Shown piece after piece: positions 54,737 to 63,986 of a stretch of 64,000 bases of DNA (its first letter is position 1; the number at the start of each line of letters is the position of its first letter). The stretch is from IMG/VR virus record IMGVR_UViG_3300042402_001861, positions 96,001 through 160,000 of that record; one strand, written 5' to 3'. This DNA is from a virus. The position numbers were made by a program, and so were the translations under genes. The notes under the pieces are model-generated. The model did not search any database. It had not been told where the DNA came from and saw only the letters and a program-made list of their open reading frames with translations.

Positions 54737-57700
54737 AAACCTTCTCGGAAGCAACAAAGAACTTCAAGCCAAAGGGCAAGTCCGTAGTAGTGGCTGTTGG
54801 GAGGTTCAATCCCCCCACCACAGGGCATGAACTTCTTCTCAAGAAGGTCAAGGAAGTGCAGTCTGCAAAGGGTGCCGATGCTCATGTCATCTACTACAGT
54901 TATTCCAACGATCCTAAGAAGAATCCCCTGACTGCGGCGCAGAAAGCCAAGTATCTCAAGCAATTCTTCCCCGGCTACAAGTTCAAGCAGATGCCCAAGC
55001 CTTCGGCAAAGGGTTCGGGTGTATATGCCTGTATGCAGGAGTTGAGCGACCAAGGCTACACACAGGTTTATGTTGTGACCGGTGCCGATCACATGACGGA
55101 ATACCAACTTGTCAAGAAGTACATCAAGAAGACCCCGACACAGAAGGACGGGTACAACTTCAGCAAGTACGAGATAATCAGCGCAGGAGAGCGTGATCCC
55201 GATTCTGAGGGAGTGGTCGGCATGTCTGCAAGCAAGATGCGTAAGGCCGCATTCGATAAGGACATCAAGACCTTCATGACGGGCATTCCTTCAGGAGTTT
55301 CCAAGACGGTAGCAAAGCAGATGTACAATGATGTCCGCAAGGGAATGAGCCTAAAGGAAGAGGTGATCGTAGAGGAAACCAAGACACCCGTGACGATCAT
55401 CGCTCTCACTTCAAGCATGGAAGAGAGCGAGAAAAGCACAATCGGAAAGATGGAGGAAGCCTGCAAGAAGTACAAGGTGAACTTCCATCCGATCCGCATC
55501 AAGACCGCCACCATCAACATCGCCAAGGCAAGTCCCGACAAGATCACCATAGAGAACTTCGATGGCGAAGGAAATGATGTCACCATCATCCCGAACCAGA
55601 CCCTGTGCGTTGTCCGTGGTGGCACGATGAACAGCGAAGTCGGCATTGCCCTCCTCATGTTGTTGCAGAACAACGGCGTATTCATGGTGAACGAACGAGG
55701 CGGCATGGATCTGTGTGCAAACAAGTTGCAGACTGCCATCACGCTAAAGCGACACAACATTCCTCACCCAAAGACTGCATTCGTCGCAGATGCTGAATCC
55801 ATTCCCGATGCCCTGAAGCAGATCGGAGGGAAGTTCCCCGTCATCGTCAAAACCCTGACGGGAGCGGAGGGAATTGGCGTATCGATCATCGAAAGCGAAA
55901 AGTCACTTGTGTCCGTGCTGCAAAGCCTGTGGAAGTACGGTGCCGAGATCATTCTTCAGGAATTCATTCCCGGCTTCACCCATGATGTCCGAAGCATCTG
56001 TCTCAACGGCAAGATTTTCGCATCTGCCAAGCGAGACAAGGCCAAGGGAGACTTCAGAACGAATATTGCCCGTGGTTCAAAGGGCGGTTCATTCGAACTA
56101 TCTGAGGACGAGATCAAGTTGGTGGAAACCGTGGCGAGGGTTTCCAAGTGCTACTATGTCGGAGTCGATCATGTGGTCGCTGGTGGAAAGCCTTACATCA
56201 TAGAGATGAATGCGAGCCCCGGAAGCGGAAATGTCTACACTCTGTATGAGGACGGAAAGCCGACAAAGGATGTTGATGGCGATGAACTTGTCGAAGAACT
56301 CGTCAAGCACCTGTCCAACAAGCAGAATTGGAAGTTGTTCAGTTCCGTCGCGGTGGTCGAACCAATAAAGGTCGCAGGCGAGGAATTCTACGGCAAGGTG
56401 GATACGGGCAACAGCGGTTACAACTCAATCCATGCCACGGACATTAAGATCAACGAGAAGAACCACACAGTCACCTTCAAGTTCAATGGCGAGAAGGAGA
56501 TGACCAAGCCCATACAGAGCCGTATTCGTCTTCGCCATGGTTCTTCCAAGGAAGAGGCAGTCCGTCCGACTGTCCTGTTTGATGTTGAATTTAATGGCAG
56601 GGAATTCAAGAATGTCAAGTTCAGTCTTGCCGACAGAAGCCACATGAACTACAAGGTTCTTCTTGGTCTTCGTTTCCTCGTTCAGGCCGGTGTCATGGTC
56701 GATCCCAAGGACATGTCGGCTTCGAAGACGAAGATCGATGAGGAGAAACTTGCCATGCAAGGCAAGGAAATGAAGAGTCACCTTGACGGTCTGATTTCAA
56801 AGATCAGGGAAAAGCATGGAAGCACAAATGTGACCTATTCGCAGGCTATGAAGATCGTAGGTGCGACAGGTGCTGCTCGTCTTGCTGCCCGTGGAATGAT
56901 TAAGCGTGACAGCGGCAAGAAGGAAAAGGGAGAACTTGGCAAGGAATCCGTGGAGGAATCCAAGTACACAACCAAGACCGGAAAGGCCGTGTCTCCTGCA
57001 AGAGACACGAAGGCCGACTTGCCGAAGAAGTATGTCGCTGGCCTGAGCAAGACGCAGAAGGCAAAGCGAAAGGCACAATTTGACAAGCGCAAGGACATTC
57101 CCGACAGCGATCCCCGTGCATGGAAGAAGTTGCCGGGTGATCCAAAGGAAACCAAGAGAAAGTCCAAGTACACTCAATTGTTTGCCAAGAAGTTTGGGAA
57201 GAAGGTTGAAGAGGCAATCGATCAATTGATGAAGATCGATTCACTCTCCATCCCCATGTCGGAAAAGGTCGAACGAGTCAGGGAATACCAATCCAAGTTG
57301 CAGACGAAGGAAGAAAGAGACATCTGCACGGTCTTTATTGAAGTCGTCAAGAACGAGATGTACGAACCATATTCCAACATCAAGACAACCTTGGACGAGG
57401 ATTTCGAGTGGATGATGTACAACAGTACGGATTCAGAGTCCACGGCAAGAATCATTAAGAAGAAGTTGCAGGAAGTTCTTGAAATCGGAACCAACGAAAT
57501 CGTCAAGGCGTATTCCAAGATGACTCCGGGGCAGAAGTACTACACCGAGGACAAGGCCAAGGAAGAGCAGGATGCCCTTTACAAGGAATGGGAAAAGTTG
57601 GTCAACATGGGTCCAAAGGAGTTGGAGTCCTTCATCGATTCAGATGAGGGCGAAGAAGCAGGACTTTCCCGCAAGGAGGCTTCCAAAGCAGGAGCCAAGG

Positions 57701-57918
57701 GCGGAAAGATCAAGTCCGGACGAGACTCGGCCCGTGCCATTGTACGCATGTTGCAGACCAAGAAGAAGGATTGGACACCCAACGATTGGGAATGGGCACG
57801 AAGACAGGTCAATTTCATCACACGCATGAAGGGAGCCCAAGGACCGATGCGTGACGAAAAGGGTCGCCCAACAAGGAAACTTCTGGCTCTGAAGATTTGG
57901 GGCCACAACCCGGAATAA
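54733..57918 (+). CDS. multidomain protein: HIGH-family cytidyltransferase-like, RimK ATP-grasp, RimK-associated aspartyl protease, small C-terminal domains
   Basis: GRFNPPTTGH, SASKMR; NKLQT, IVKTLTG..G.GV, LQEFI, DVRS, FRTN, IEMNASPG; KVDTG, RP.V, VLLG; WGHNP. Confidence 0.85.
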   Translation: MKTFSEATKNFKPKGKSVVVAVGRFNPPTTGHELLLKKVKEVQSAKGADAHVIYYSYSNDPKKNPLTAAQKAKYLKQFFPGYKFKQMPKPSAKGSGVYACMQELSDQGYTQVYVVTGADHMTEYQLVKKYIKKTPTQKDGYNFSKYEIISAGERDPDSEGVVGMSASKMRKAAFDKDIKTFMTGIPSGVSKTVAKQMYNDVRKGMSLKEEVIVEETKTPVTIIALTSSMEESEKSTIGKMEEACKKYKVNFHPIRIKTATINIAKASPDKITIENFDGEGNDVTIIPNQTLCVVRGGTMNSEVGIALLMLLQNNGVFMVNERGGMDLCANKLQTAITLKRHNIPHPKTAFVADAESIPDALKQIGGKFPVIVKTLTGAEGIGVSIIESEKSLVSVLQSLWKYGAEIILQEFIPGFTHDVRSICLNGKIFASAKRDKAKGDFRTNIARGSKGGSFELSEDEIKLVETVARVSKCYYVGVDHVVAGGKPYIIEMNASPGSGNVYTLYEDGKPTKDVDGDELVEELVKHLSNKQNWKLFSSVAVVEPIKVAGEEFYGKVDTGNSGYNSIHATDIKINEKNHTVTFKFNGEKEMTKPIQSRIRLRHGSSKEEAVRPTVLFDVEFNGREFKNVKFSLADRSHMNYKVLLGLRFLVQAGVMVDPKDMSASKTKIDEEKLAMQGKEMKSHLDGLISKIREKHGSTNVTYSQAMKIVGATGAARLAARGMIKRDSGKKEKGELGKESVEESKYTTKTGKAVSPARDTKADLPKKYVAGLSKTQKAKRKAQFDKRKDIPDSDPRAWKKLPGDPKETKRKSKYTQLFAKKFGKKVEEAIDQLMKIDSLSIPMSEKVERVREYQSKLQTKEERDICTVFIEVVKNEMYEPYSNIKTTLDEDFEWMMYNSTDSESTARIIKKKLQEVLEIGTNEIVKAYSKMTPGQKYYTEDKAKEEQDALYKEWEKLVNMGPKELESFIDSDEGEEAGLSRKEASKAGAKGGKIKSGRDSARAIVRMLQTKKKDWTPNDWEWARRQVNFITRMKGAQGPMRDEKGRPTRKLLALKIWGHNPE

Positions 57919-57923
57919 TTCAA

Positions 57924-58190
57924 ATGCAAAGATTCAAAAACTACATCTCCGAAGACAAGCCAGCCGCACATACATCCTTGGAGAAGAAGTCCAAGGCTTC
58001 AGGCATCCCTTACCGCTTCCTCAAGCAAGTCTATGACCGTGGAGTGGTCGCATGGAAGGGAGGCCATAGGCCGGGGGCTGGCCCCGAGCAATGGGGTCTG
58101 GCAAGAGTCAACAGTTTCATCGTCGGCGGCAAGACTCGTCATACCGCCGATGCAGACATTTGGAAAAAGTACAAGGGCAGCAAGCGTTAA
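57924..58190 (+). CDS. small conserved protein (DUF5824-like)
   Basis: LKQVYDRG..AW..GHRPG..QWG.ARVNSF; MQRFKNYISE. Confidence 0.75.
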   Translation: MQRFKNYISEDKPAAHTSLEKKSKASGIPYRFLKQVYDRGVVAWKGGHRPGAGPEQWGLARVNSFIVGGKTRHTADADIWKKYKGSKR

Positions 58191-58234
58191 ATTTCGCTAA
58201 ATACCCAAGCATCAACTTCACCTAGAGGTAAACA

Positions 58235-59152
58235 ATGCACAGTAACAAAATCTCTGCCAATTTGCAAAATGACATTCTGAAGGTTCTTCGTGGCGAAACT
58301 ATTTCGAAGACCGAACTCCCGACCGCCATCATGGAGGCCGCAAAGCAGGCTTCCATCGATCTGGGTCATGCCTTCCTTGACGAGGGCTATCTGTCGGCAG
58401 AACGCCGCCGCGACATCCTTCGCCGCAACCTCGCAGAGGGGTTGAAGAAGTGCGGATGCACTCCGACCACGGAAATGATCAACCGCTACGAGGAAGAGGC
58501 TTCCAAGCCCGTTCAGGTTGATGCTAAGAAGGAAGTTGCCGAGGAAACCAAGAAGGAAGAAGTCGTTGATGAGGCAGTAGTGACCGAAACCGAAGAAGAA
58601 ACTCTTACCGAAAGCAAGGCTAAGGTCACACAAACAAAAGATGGCCGTTATTTCTTCGAATATCCAGGAATGAGTGCAACAACACGGGCTGGACTTATGC
58701 TCTGGGTAAGAGAGGTGTTTGGAACAAACGACAAAACCTACACCTCGGCTAATACTAAGAAAGCATATGACACACTTGCCAAACATGCAGATGGAATCAA
58801 TGCATGGATGAAAAAGAACAATTTCGGATCATTTGCCAACGGTACGCACCCTAACTATAAGCACCTTATTGGTTATTATCTGAAGAACCTAAAGGGTGTA
58901 AATATTAAGGGCAAGTACGATGTTAAGAATGATCTCGGAGCCGGTAAGACTTTAAAGAAGGAAGAAGTCGTTGATGAGGCTGCATCCGACATGATGCTTC
59001 GCTCTTGGATTCGCAACAATTATCCAAGCGCCGACAACACCAAGTTCAACAAGATCCTCGCAGCAATGCAGAAGCAGTACAACAAAGACCCCAAGGGCTA
59101 TACCTACGGTGGCGGCTTCAGCAAGGTTGCAAAGGACGCAGGGATCAAGTAA
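58235..59152 (+). CDS. late modular protein with duplicated KKEEVVDEA linkers
   Basis: late promoter 58198-58203; 26-bp direct repeat. Confidence 0.75.
   Translation: MHSNKISANLQNDILKVLRGETISKTELPTAIMEAAKQASIDLGHAFLDEGYLSAERRRDILRRNLAEGLKKCGCTPTTEMINRYEEEASKPVQVDAKKEVAEETKKEEVVDEAVVTETEEETLTESKAKVTQTKDGRYFFEYPGMSATTRAGLMLWVREVFGTNDKTYTSANTKKAYDTLAKHADGINAWMKKNNFGSFANGTHPNYKHLIGYYLKNLKGVNIKGKYDVKNDLGAGKTLKKEEVVDEAASDMMLRSWIRNNYPSADNTKFNKILAAMQKQYNKDPKGYTYGGGFSKVAKDAGIK
58550..58980 (+). repeat. 26-bp exact direct repeat flanking an AT-richer segment
   Basis: AAGAAGGAAGAAGTCGTTGATGAGGC at 58550-58575 and 58955-58980. Confidence 0.9.
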
Positions 59153-59200
59153 TCCCTTTCCGAGAGACTAAATAACAGAGCCCCCAAAGGAGAACCATAG

Positions 59201-60082
59201 ATGCCACTCTGGAAGAACAACAATCGCGAAGAGTCGAAGCCGTCATGGCTGAACAAGATCGAGAAGAGACTTTGCGTCCGCACCGTCCGTGGTTGGGAGA
59301 AGCCCCTTGATGGGTCTTTCTTCAGCCAAGGAACCACCGCAACCAACTCGGTTCCTGTTCAGATGGAACTCCTTGTCACCATGCCTTATGATCCTTCGAT
59401 CACGGGTGGCGTAAACAGCGCATATGCCTACAGAACAGTAGGCGGGCTCTCCTCGGACAGCCGTGGCATCACTTCGTCCACCGAAGTGCAGTATTCTCCC
59501 TACTTCTCGACTCCTTTCGATGGAGACAGCGCCACCGCAGGCGGTCCTGCTGGTGTTGGAGTCACCCACGACAACATCACCTATGTTGTTCCCAATGGTG
59601 CAACTCGCGGTGCTGGAGTCGGCTACCAGTATGGCGTGAATGCCTATGGCGTGTCCACCCTCGGTGGCCTGACCGGCGTTACCGCTTACATCAAGATTGT
59701 TGCCAACGATACCAACCTGACACAGAACCTAACTATCGGTCTGTCGGGAACCTACAACGGAATGGCTCTCTACACCGGCATCGGACTGACTGTCGGCAAT
59801 GCCGCTCCTGCCATTCCAGAGGTTGTGTACAACGCCTTCTTCGGTGCAACCGGAGATGATCCGGGGATCAAGCAGTATCGTCAAGACAACATCGCTGTTC
59901 TTGTTGTCGGTGGCCAGACTGCTGCCGGTACAAAGGTTGTTGATCTAATCGTTCGCGACAACTCGGGTGTCACCTTCGGCACCATCAACGGTCTGACGGG
60001 AGCAACCGGCTTTGCCGAATTCACGCTGTCGTTCGACCGTAATGCCGCCGATGCCAAGTGGATCACTTCGTACTCGAAGTAA
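59201..60082 (+). CDS. probable virion structural protein (Gly/Thr-rich)
   Basis: late promoter 59169-59174, AAAGGAG RBS, MPLW start. Confidence 0.7.
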   Translation: MPLWKNNNREESKPSWLNKIEKRLCVRTVRGWEKPLDGSFFSQGTTATNSVPVQMELLVTMPYDPSITGGVNSAYAYRTVGGLSSDSRGITSSTEVQYSPYFSTPFDGDSATAGGPAGVGVTHDNITYVVPNGATRGAGVGYQYGVNAYGVSTLGGLTGVTAYIKIVANDTNLTQNLTIGLSGTYNGMALYTGIGLTVGNAAPAIPEVVYNAFFGATGDDPGIKQYRQDNIAVLVVGGQTAAGTKVVDLIVRDNSGVTFGTINGLTGATGFAEFTLSFDRNAADAKWITSYSK

Positions 60083-60095
60083 GTAAGGAGTCAAG

Positions 60096-60692
60096 ATGCG
60101 TTTCAAGGACTTGCGTAAGAAGATTGAGGAAGCAATGCTTCCTACCGACTACTACGGTGGGTATGTTGTCGGCACAAAGGTTGGACCCTTGGACTCTCAG
60201 GACAATGCAGTTGATGCTCCCGAGGCCAGCGTCCACAAACTCACGCATCAGGAATTGAAGAGACTCAACACCTTCCTTGGTGCTTCAGAGGACAAGGCTT
60301 ACATTGATGTGAATGTAGCCATCAACAACATGAAGCAGAAGTTGCAGACACAGGGCATTTCGTTTGACTTCAAGCCCGATGATGTGATGGAAGACGGCGA
60401 TCACATCTTCCCGCTGAAGCAGTTCGGCGGACGCTACGGAATGGACGGGACATCCTACAATCCAATCAACGACGATGGCATCACCCATCGTCTTGGTCAC
60501 GGATTGAACCTGATGATCACCACCATGCGTCAGTCAAACGGCCTCACCAACATGTGTGCCAAGATTTGTCCTGCCAATGAAATGCCAACCTCTCCCGAGA
60601 TGAAGCCCAAGAATGCACCCATGAACATGTCGGCAAGCACGGTAATGGCAAACAAGAATCCATTCACCAACCCGACATTCTCCAAGCAATAA
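60096..60692 (+). CDS. candidate internal head protein
   Basis: MRFKDLRKKIEE; AAGGAG RBS. Confidence 0.7.
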   Translation: MRFKDLRKKIEEAMLPTDYYGGYVVGTKVGPLDSQDNAVDAPEASVHKLTHQELKRLNTFLGASEDKAYIDVNVAINNMKQKLQTQGISFDFKPDDVMEDGDHIFPLKQFGGRYGMDGTSYNPINDDGITHRLGHGLNLMITTMRQSNGLTNMCAKICPANEMPTSPEMKPKNAPMNMSASTVMANKNPFTNPTFSKQ

Positions 60693-60707
60693 TCGAAGAT
60701 ATGAAGA

Positions 60708-60742
60708 AAGGGGCATCAGTTTCGGCTGGTGCCCCTTGTTAT
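60708..60742 (+). terminator. Rho-independent terminator
   Basis: AAGGGGCATCAG-TTTCGG-CTGGTGCCCCTT-GTT. Confidence 0.7.
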
Positions 60743-60774
60743 TTGGATAGATAATGGTGTATCAATGACTCATC

Positions 60775-61164
60775 ATGCAATTCAAGAAACTAGACAATGA
60801 CAACTACTCGCTGTATGCAGCGAAATACTACGACAATCCAACTTGTCGTGGAGTTGAGGAATTCAACGAGGATTTGACCCGCCTGATATACCTCAAGCGT
60901 CTGTTTCGCCGCTATCGAAGGACGGGTGAATTGCGTGAGCGATTGATACTGAATCATTTGATTACTTTCTACAATGTCTTTGGTGTGGAAGCCGCAACTC
61001 GGCTTCTCTTTTTCAAAATAGACCCCGATTTGTATGATGTGTTGAAGACCTTCATTGTGTTCCTGAACTACATGGACCCAAAGACAAACACCATAGATGG
61101 CATAGATATTATTGCAATTCAGTTGGATCAGACGATCATAGATCGATTAAGGACACTCGGGTGA
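60775..61164 (+). CDS. conserved T4-like hypothetical protein
   Basis: YAAKYYDNP.C...EF.EDL.R..YLKRLF, ERLILNH. Confidence 0.8.
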   Translation: MQFKKLDNDNYSLYAAKYYDNPTCRGVEEFNEDLTRLIYLKRLFRRYRRTGELRERLILNHLITFYNVFGVEAATRLLFFKIDPDLYDVLKTFIVFLNYMDPKTNTIDGIDIIAIQLDQTIIDRLRTLG

Positions 61165-61889
61165 AGAGCAAGGCACAAGACAAACTCATACAGCATCGCC
61201 TGCTTGATCTTGTGCTGACCTCTTGGACAGAACAGCCTGCCTTCATGTGGGGCATCATCAACGAGCATGGGGCGATTCTACGCAATCGTGTATCCCTTAT
61301 GACCAAGGAAGAGAAGGCTGCATATCCAAGCAACTTCTATGCTCTTGCATGGAAATTCAAGAAACTCCTTGAGACAGCCAAGACTCCAACCGAGATTGCC
61401 AAGGCCATCGTCGCTCTCTACGACATCCGCGAGAAGACGAAGGAAGACATGGTGAATCCAAAGTCCATCGATGAAGCCGCAAGGATCATCTTCAAGGAAA
61501 CAAACATCGACCTACAGTCGCTACTTGAAGAGAACCACGATGCCCGTCCGCTTATCGGAAAGTATGAACTAGACGGAAAGCCCGTGTCATTCGAAAAGCC
61601 AGTCATGCCGATTGATGAAATCCTTGGATTCCCAATTTACAGAAATGGTGAAGACTTGTTCCTGACTCTTGAGGCAAAGAAGACTAGCAGCGAGGATGGA
61701 GCAGCAGCCGTGGCTGTTCCTGCCAACAATGTCGGATCAGGAAACATCGCCGGTGTGTCGCCGGGTCAGGAACCGCCGGGTCCAAAGGGTGGGTTCAAGG
61801 CATTGGCCAAGATGAAGAAGAAAAGGATCATGCAACTCAGGAGGGATTCAAAGACCCTCAATGTGATTGCCAAAGAAGACAAGGAGTAA
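61161..61889 (+). CDS. conserved T4-like hypothetical protein
   Basis: GTGA coupling; AF.WGII...G; PANNVGSGNIAG. Confidence 0.7.
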   Translation: MKSKAQDKLIQHRLLDLVLTSWTEQPAFMWGIINEHGAILRNRVSLMTKEEKAAYPSNFYALAWKFKKLLETAKTPTEIAKAIVALYDIREKTKEDMVNPKSIDEAARIIFKETNIDLQSLLEENHDARPLIGKYELDGKPVSFEKPVMPIDEILGFPIYRNGEDLFLTLEAKKTSSEDGAAAVAVPANNVGSGNIAGVSPGQEPPGPKGGFKALAKMKKKRIMQLRRDSKTLNVIAKEDKE

Positions 61890-61892
61890 GAC

Positions 61893-62783
61893 ATGCTTTT
61901 TAGATGCTTTGCCGTGGTGTTGGGGGCAACCATCCTATTTGCAAATGGCTGCAAGAGCCTTCCTCCTGTCGAACCTTCCACGGGTGCAGCATCCGCAACC
62001 CTCAATTCCGTGGTTGACAGAACCAACGATGAGGTGGCAAACATCAAGCGAGATGCCTTGGAGATCAAGGAAAATACCAAGAGTGCAATGCTGTCAAAGA
62101 GTGGACCAGAGATGGTGTTGGGCAAGATCGACAGCGAGGCAGACGCAATCGTTGCCTCTGCCAATGACATACAGAAGGAAACCGCCAAACTCAAGAAACT
62201 CACGGCAGAGGTGACTAAACTTGAAAAGTCCCTGACTACCTTGAGGATTGCCATGGAAGAAGCCAAGGCCGCTGCACTTGAACGGCTTTATGGCTACATC
62301 ACTTTGTTCTGGGTAATCGGCTTCATCTTGATCGCGGCTGGCGCTGCGGTTGCGTTCTTTCTCAACAAGACATATGGTGGGATGTTGGCGCTCCTAGGTG
62401 CCCTGATGCTTGGGTTTGCCTCTGCATCGCATCGCTATCTTGACGAGATCGCCATGGTCGGTGCCATACTTCTTGTGGCAGGGTTCATCACGGCTGTGGG
62501 AATGATTGTCTGGTCAACCATCAACAGCAAGAGAAGCAGCATTGCCGTCAAGGAAATCGTGGAGATGATGCAGATTCTCAAGGAAACCATGACAGACGAT
62601 GAGAGAAATCGAATCTTCGGGCCGGATGGGATTGCAAGCAAGGTGCAGTCCGATCTGACCAAGGAGATCATCGCAAAGGTCAAGGAGAAGAATGGTTTCA
62701 AGCGGCTTGAGGAAATCCGCAATGCCATGAAGGAGTCGGAGAAGACAGGAGCAACGGGGGCAGCACCGCCCGAGTCAAAGTGA
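61893..62783 (+). CDS. lipoprotein-signal, coiled-coil, 3-TM membrane protein
   Basis: LFANGC lipobox, heptads, three hydrophobic helices. Confidence 0.75.
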   Translation: MLFRCFAVVLGATILFANGCKSLPPVEPSTGAASATLNSVVDRTNDEVANIKRDALEIKENTKSAMLSKSGPEMVLGKIDSEADAIVASANDIQKETAKLKKLTAEVTKLEKSLTTLRIAMEEAKAAALERLYGYITLFWVIGFILIAAGAAVAFFLNKTYGGMLALLGALMLGFASASHRYLDEIAMVGAILLVAGFITAVGMIVWSTINSKRSSIAVKEIVEMMQILKETMTDDERNRIFGPDGIASKVQSDLTKEIIAKVKEKNGFKRLEEIRNAMKESEKTGATGAAPPESK

Positions 62784-62906
62784 CGCTATGTATGCGTGAC
62801 CGTTGCTGAAAATCCCACTTTTTCGGGCAGTTACAACAATTATTTTTGCGGCGAGAAAAAGAGGGCGGAAGTCAACTTTTAGTGAGCGAATCGTTGAGAT
62901 TTGCTG

Positions 62907-62934
62907 TTGACTGTCTTCGTTGGTGGTGTATACT
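62907..62934 (+). promoter_or_regulatory. sigma70-type (middle-like) promoter
   Basis: TTGACT-16-TATACT before gp61. Confidence 0.7.
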
Positions 62935-62945
62935 TTCCGAACCAC

Positions 62946-63986
62946 ATGAGCAACTACATCGACAGCAAGTACATCAACATCATCTCCCCTAGGCTGCAAC
63001 GCTTTGGGTGGAAGAAGCAGAGCCTTGCTGTCTGTCGATGCCCCATCTGTGGAGACAGCCAGAAGTCCAAGAGCAAGACGAGGTTCTACTTCTACGAGAA
63101 GAAGGGCGGATTCTTCGTCCGTTGCCACAATTGCGACTATGGCACCACCTTGGGGAAGTTCATCGAATACATCGATCCGTTCGTGTACAAGCAGTACATG
63201 CTTGAGAAGTACCGTGATGGTCTTGAGGGTCGCCATGACGGAAAGGCCGATGCCGAGAAGCAGTTCAAGTTTGAAAAGCCCGTGTTCGAAAGCAAGCGCA
63301 GGGAACTTCTGCTTGAATCCCTTGAGCCCTTGACCGATCTGCCCGATGACCACAAGGCGGTGGAATTCGTCAGGAACCGAAGGATTCCCGTGGAGCAATG
63401 GGAGAGGCTTTACTTCACGGAGGACTTTGGGTGGTGGGCCAAGCAAGTCGATCCCGAGATCGAATCCCCTCCCGACGAGCGGTTGGTCATTCCAATCATG
63501 CGTGGCAATCGATTGGTTGCAGCACAGGGAAGATCGCTGTCTTCCACGGCTTCCGGCAGGATCATTCGCTACATCACCATCAAGCGAGACAAGGACTTGC
63601 AGTCCATCTGGTTCGGCTTGGAGCGCATCGACAAGACCAAGCCCGTGATTGTGGTCGAAGGACCGCTCGATTCGCTGTTCCTTCCCAACTGCGTGGCAAT
63701 GCTTGGAGCAAAGCACATCGGTGAACTGCCTGCGGAACTTGAGGGATGCAACATTACCTTTGCCCTTGACAATGAGCCAAGGAACAAGGAAGTGGTGGGA
63801 ATTTATCAAAAACTCGTGGAAGACGGATACCGTGTCTGCTTCTGGCCTGAGAACATTCGGGTGAAGGACATCAACGACATGGTGATTGCAGGACACGAAC
63901 CCAAGGAAATTGAAAGAACGATACGGGAAAATTCGTCAAGTGGGCTGATTGCCAGACTGAAACTGTCCACATGGCGGCATACATGA
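62946..63986 (+). CDS. gp61: DNA primase
   Basis: CRCPICGDS..SK..R.Y, RCHNC, QGR, VVEGPLDSLF, DNEPRN, KDINDM. Confidence 0.97.
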   Translation: MSNYIDSKYINIISPRLQRFGWKKQSLAVCRCPICGDSQKSKSKTRFYFYEKKGGFFVRCHNCDYGTTLGKFIEYIDPFVYKQYMLEKYRDGLEGRHDGKADAEKQFKFEKPVFESKRRELLLESLEPLTDLPDDHKAVEFVRNRRIPVEQWERLYFTEDFGWWAKQVDPEIESPPDERLVIPIMRGNRLVAAQGRSLSSTASGRIIRYITIKRDKDLQSIWFGLERIDKTKPVIVVEGPLDSLFLPNCVAMLGAKHIGELPAELEGCNITFALDNEPRNKEVVGIYQKLVEDGYRVCFWPENIRVKDINDMVIAGHEPKEIERTIRENSSSGLIARLKLSTWRHT

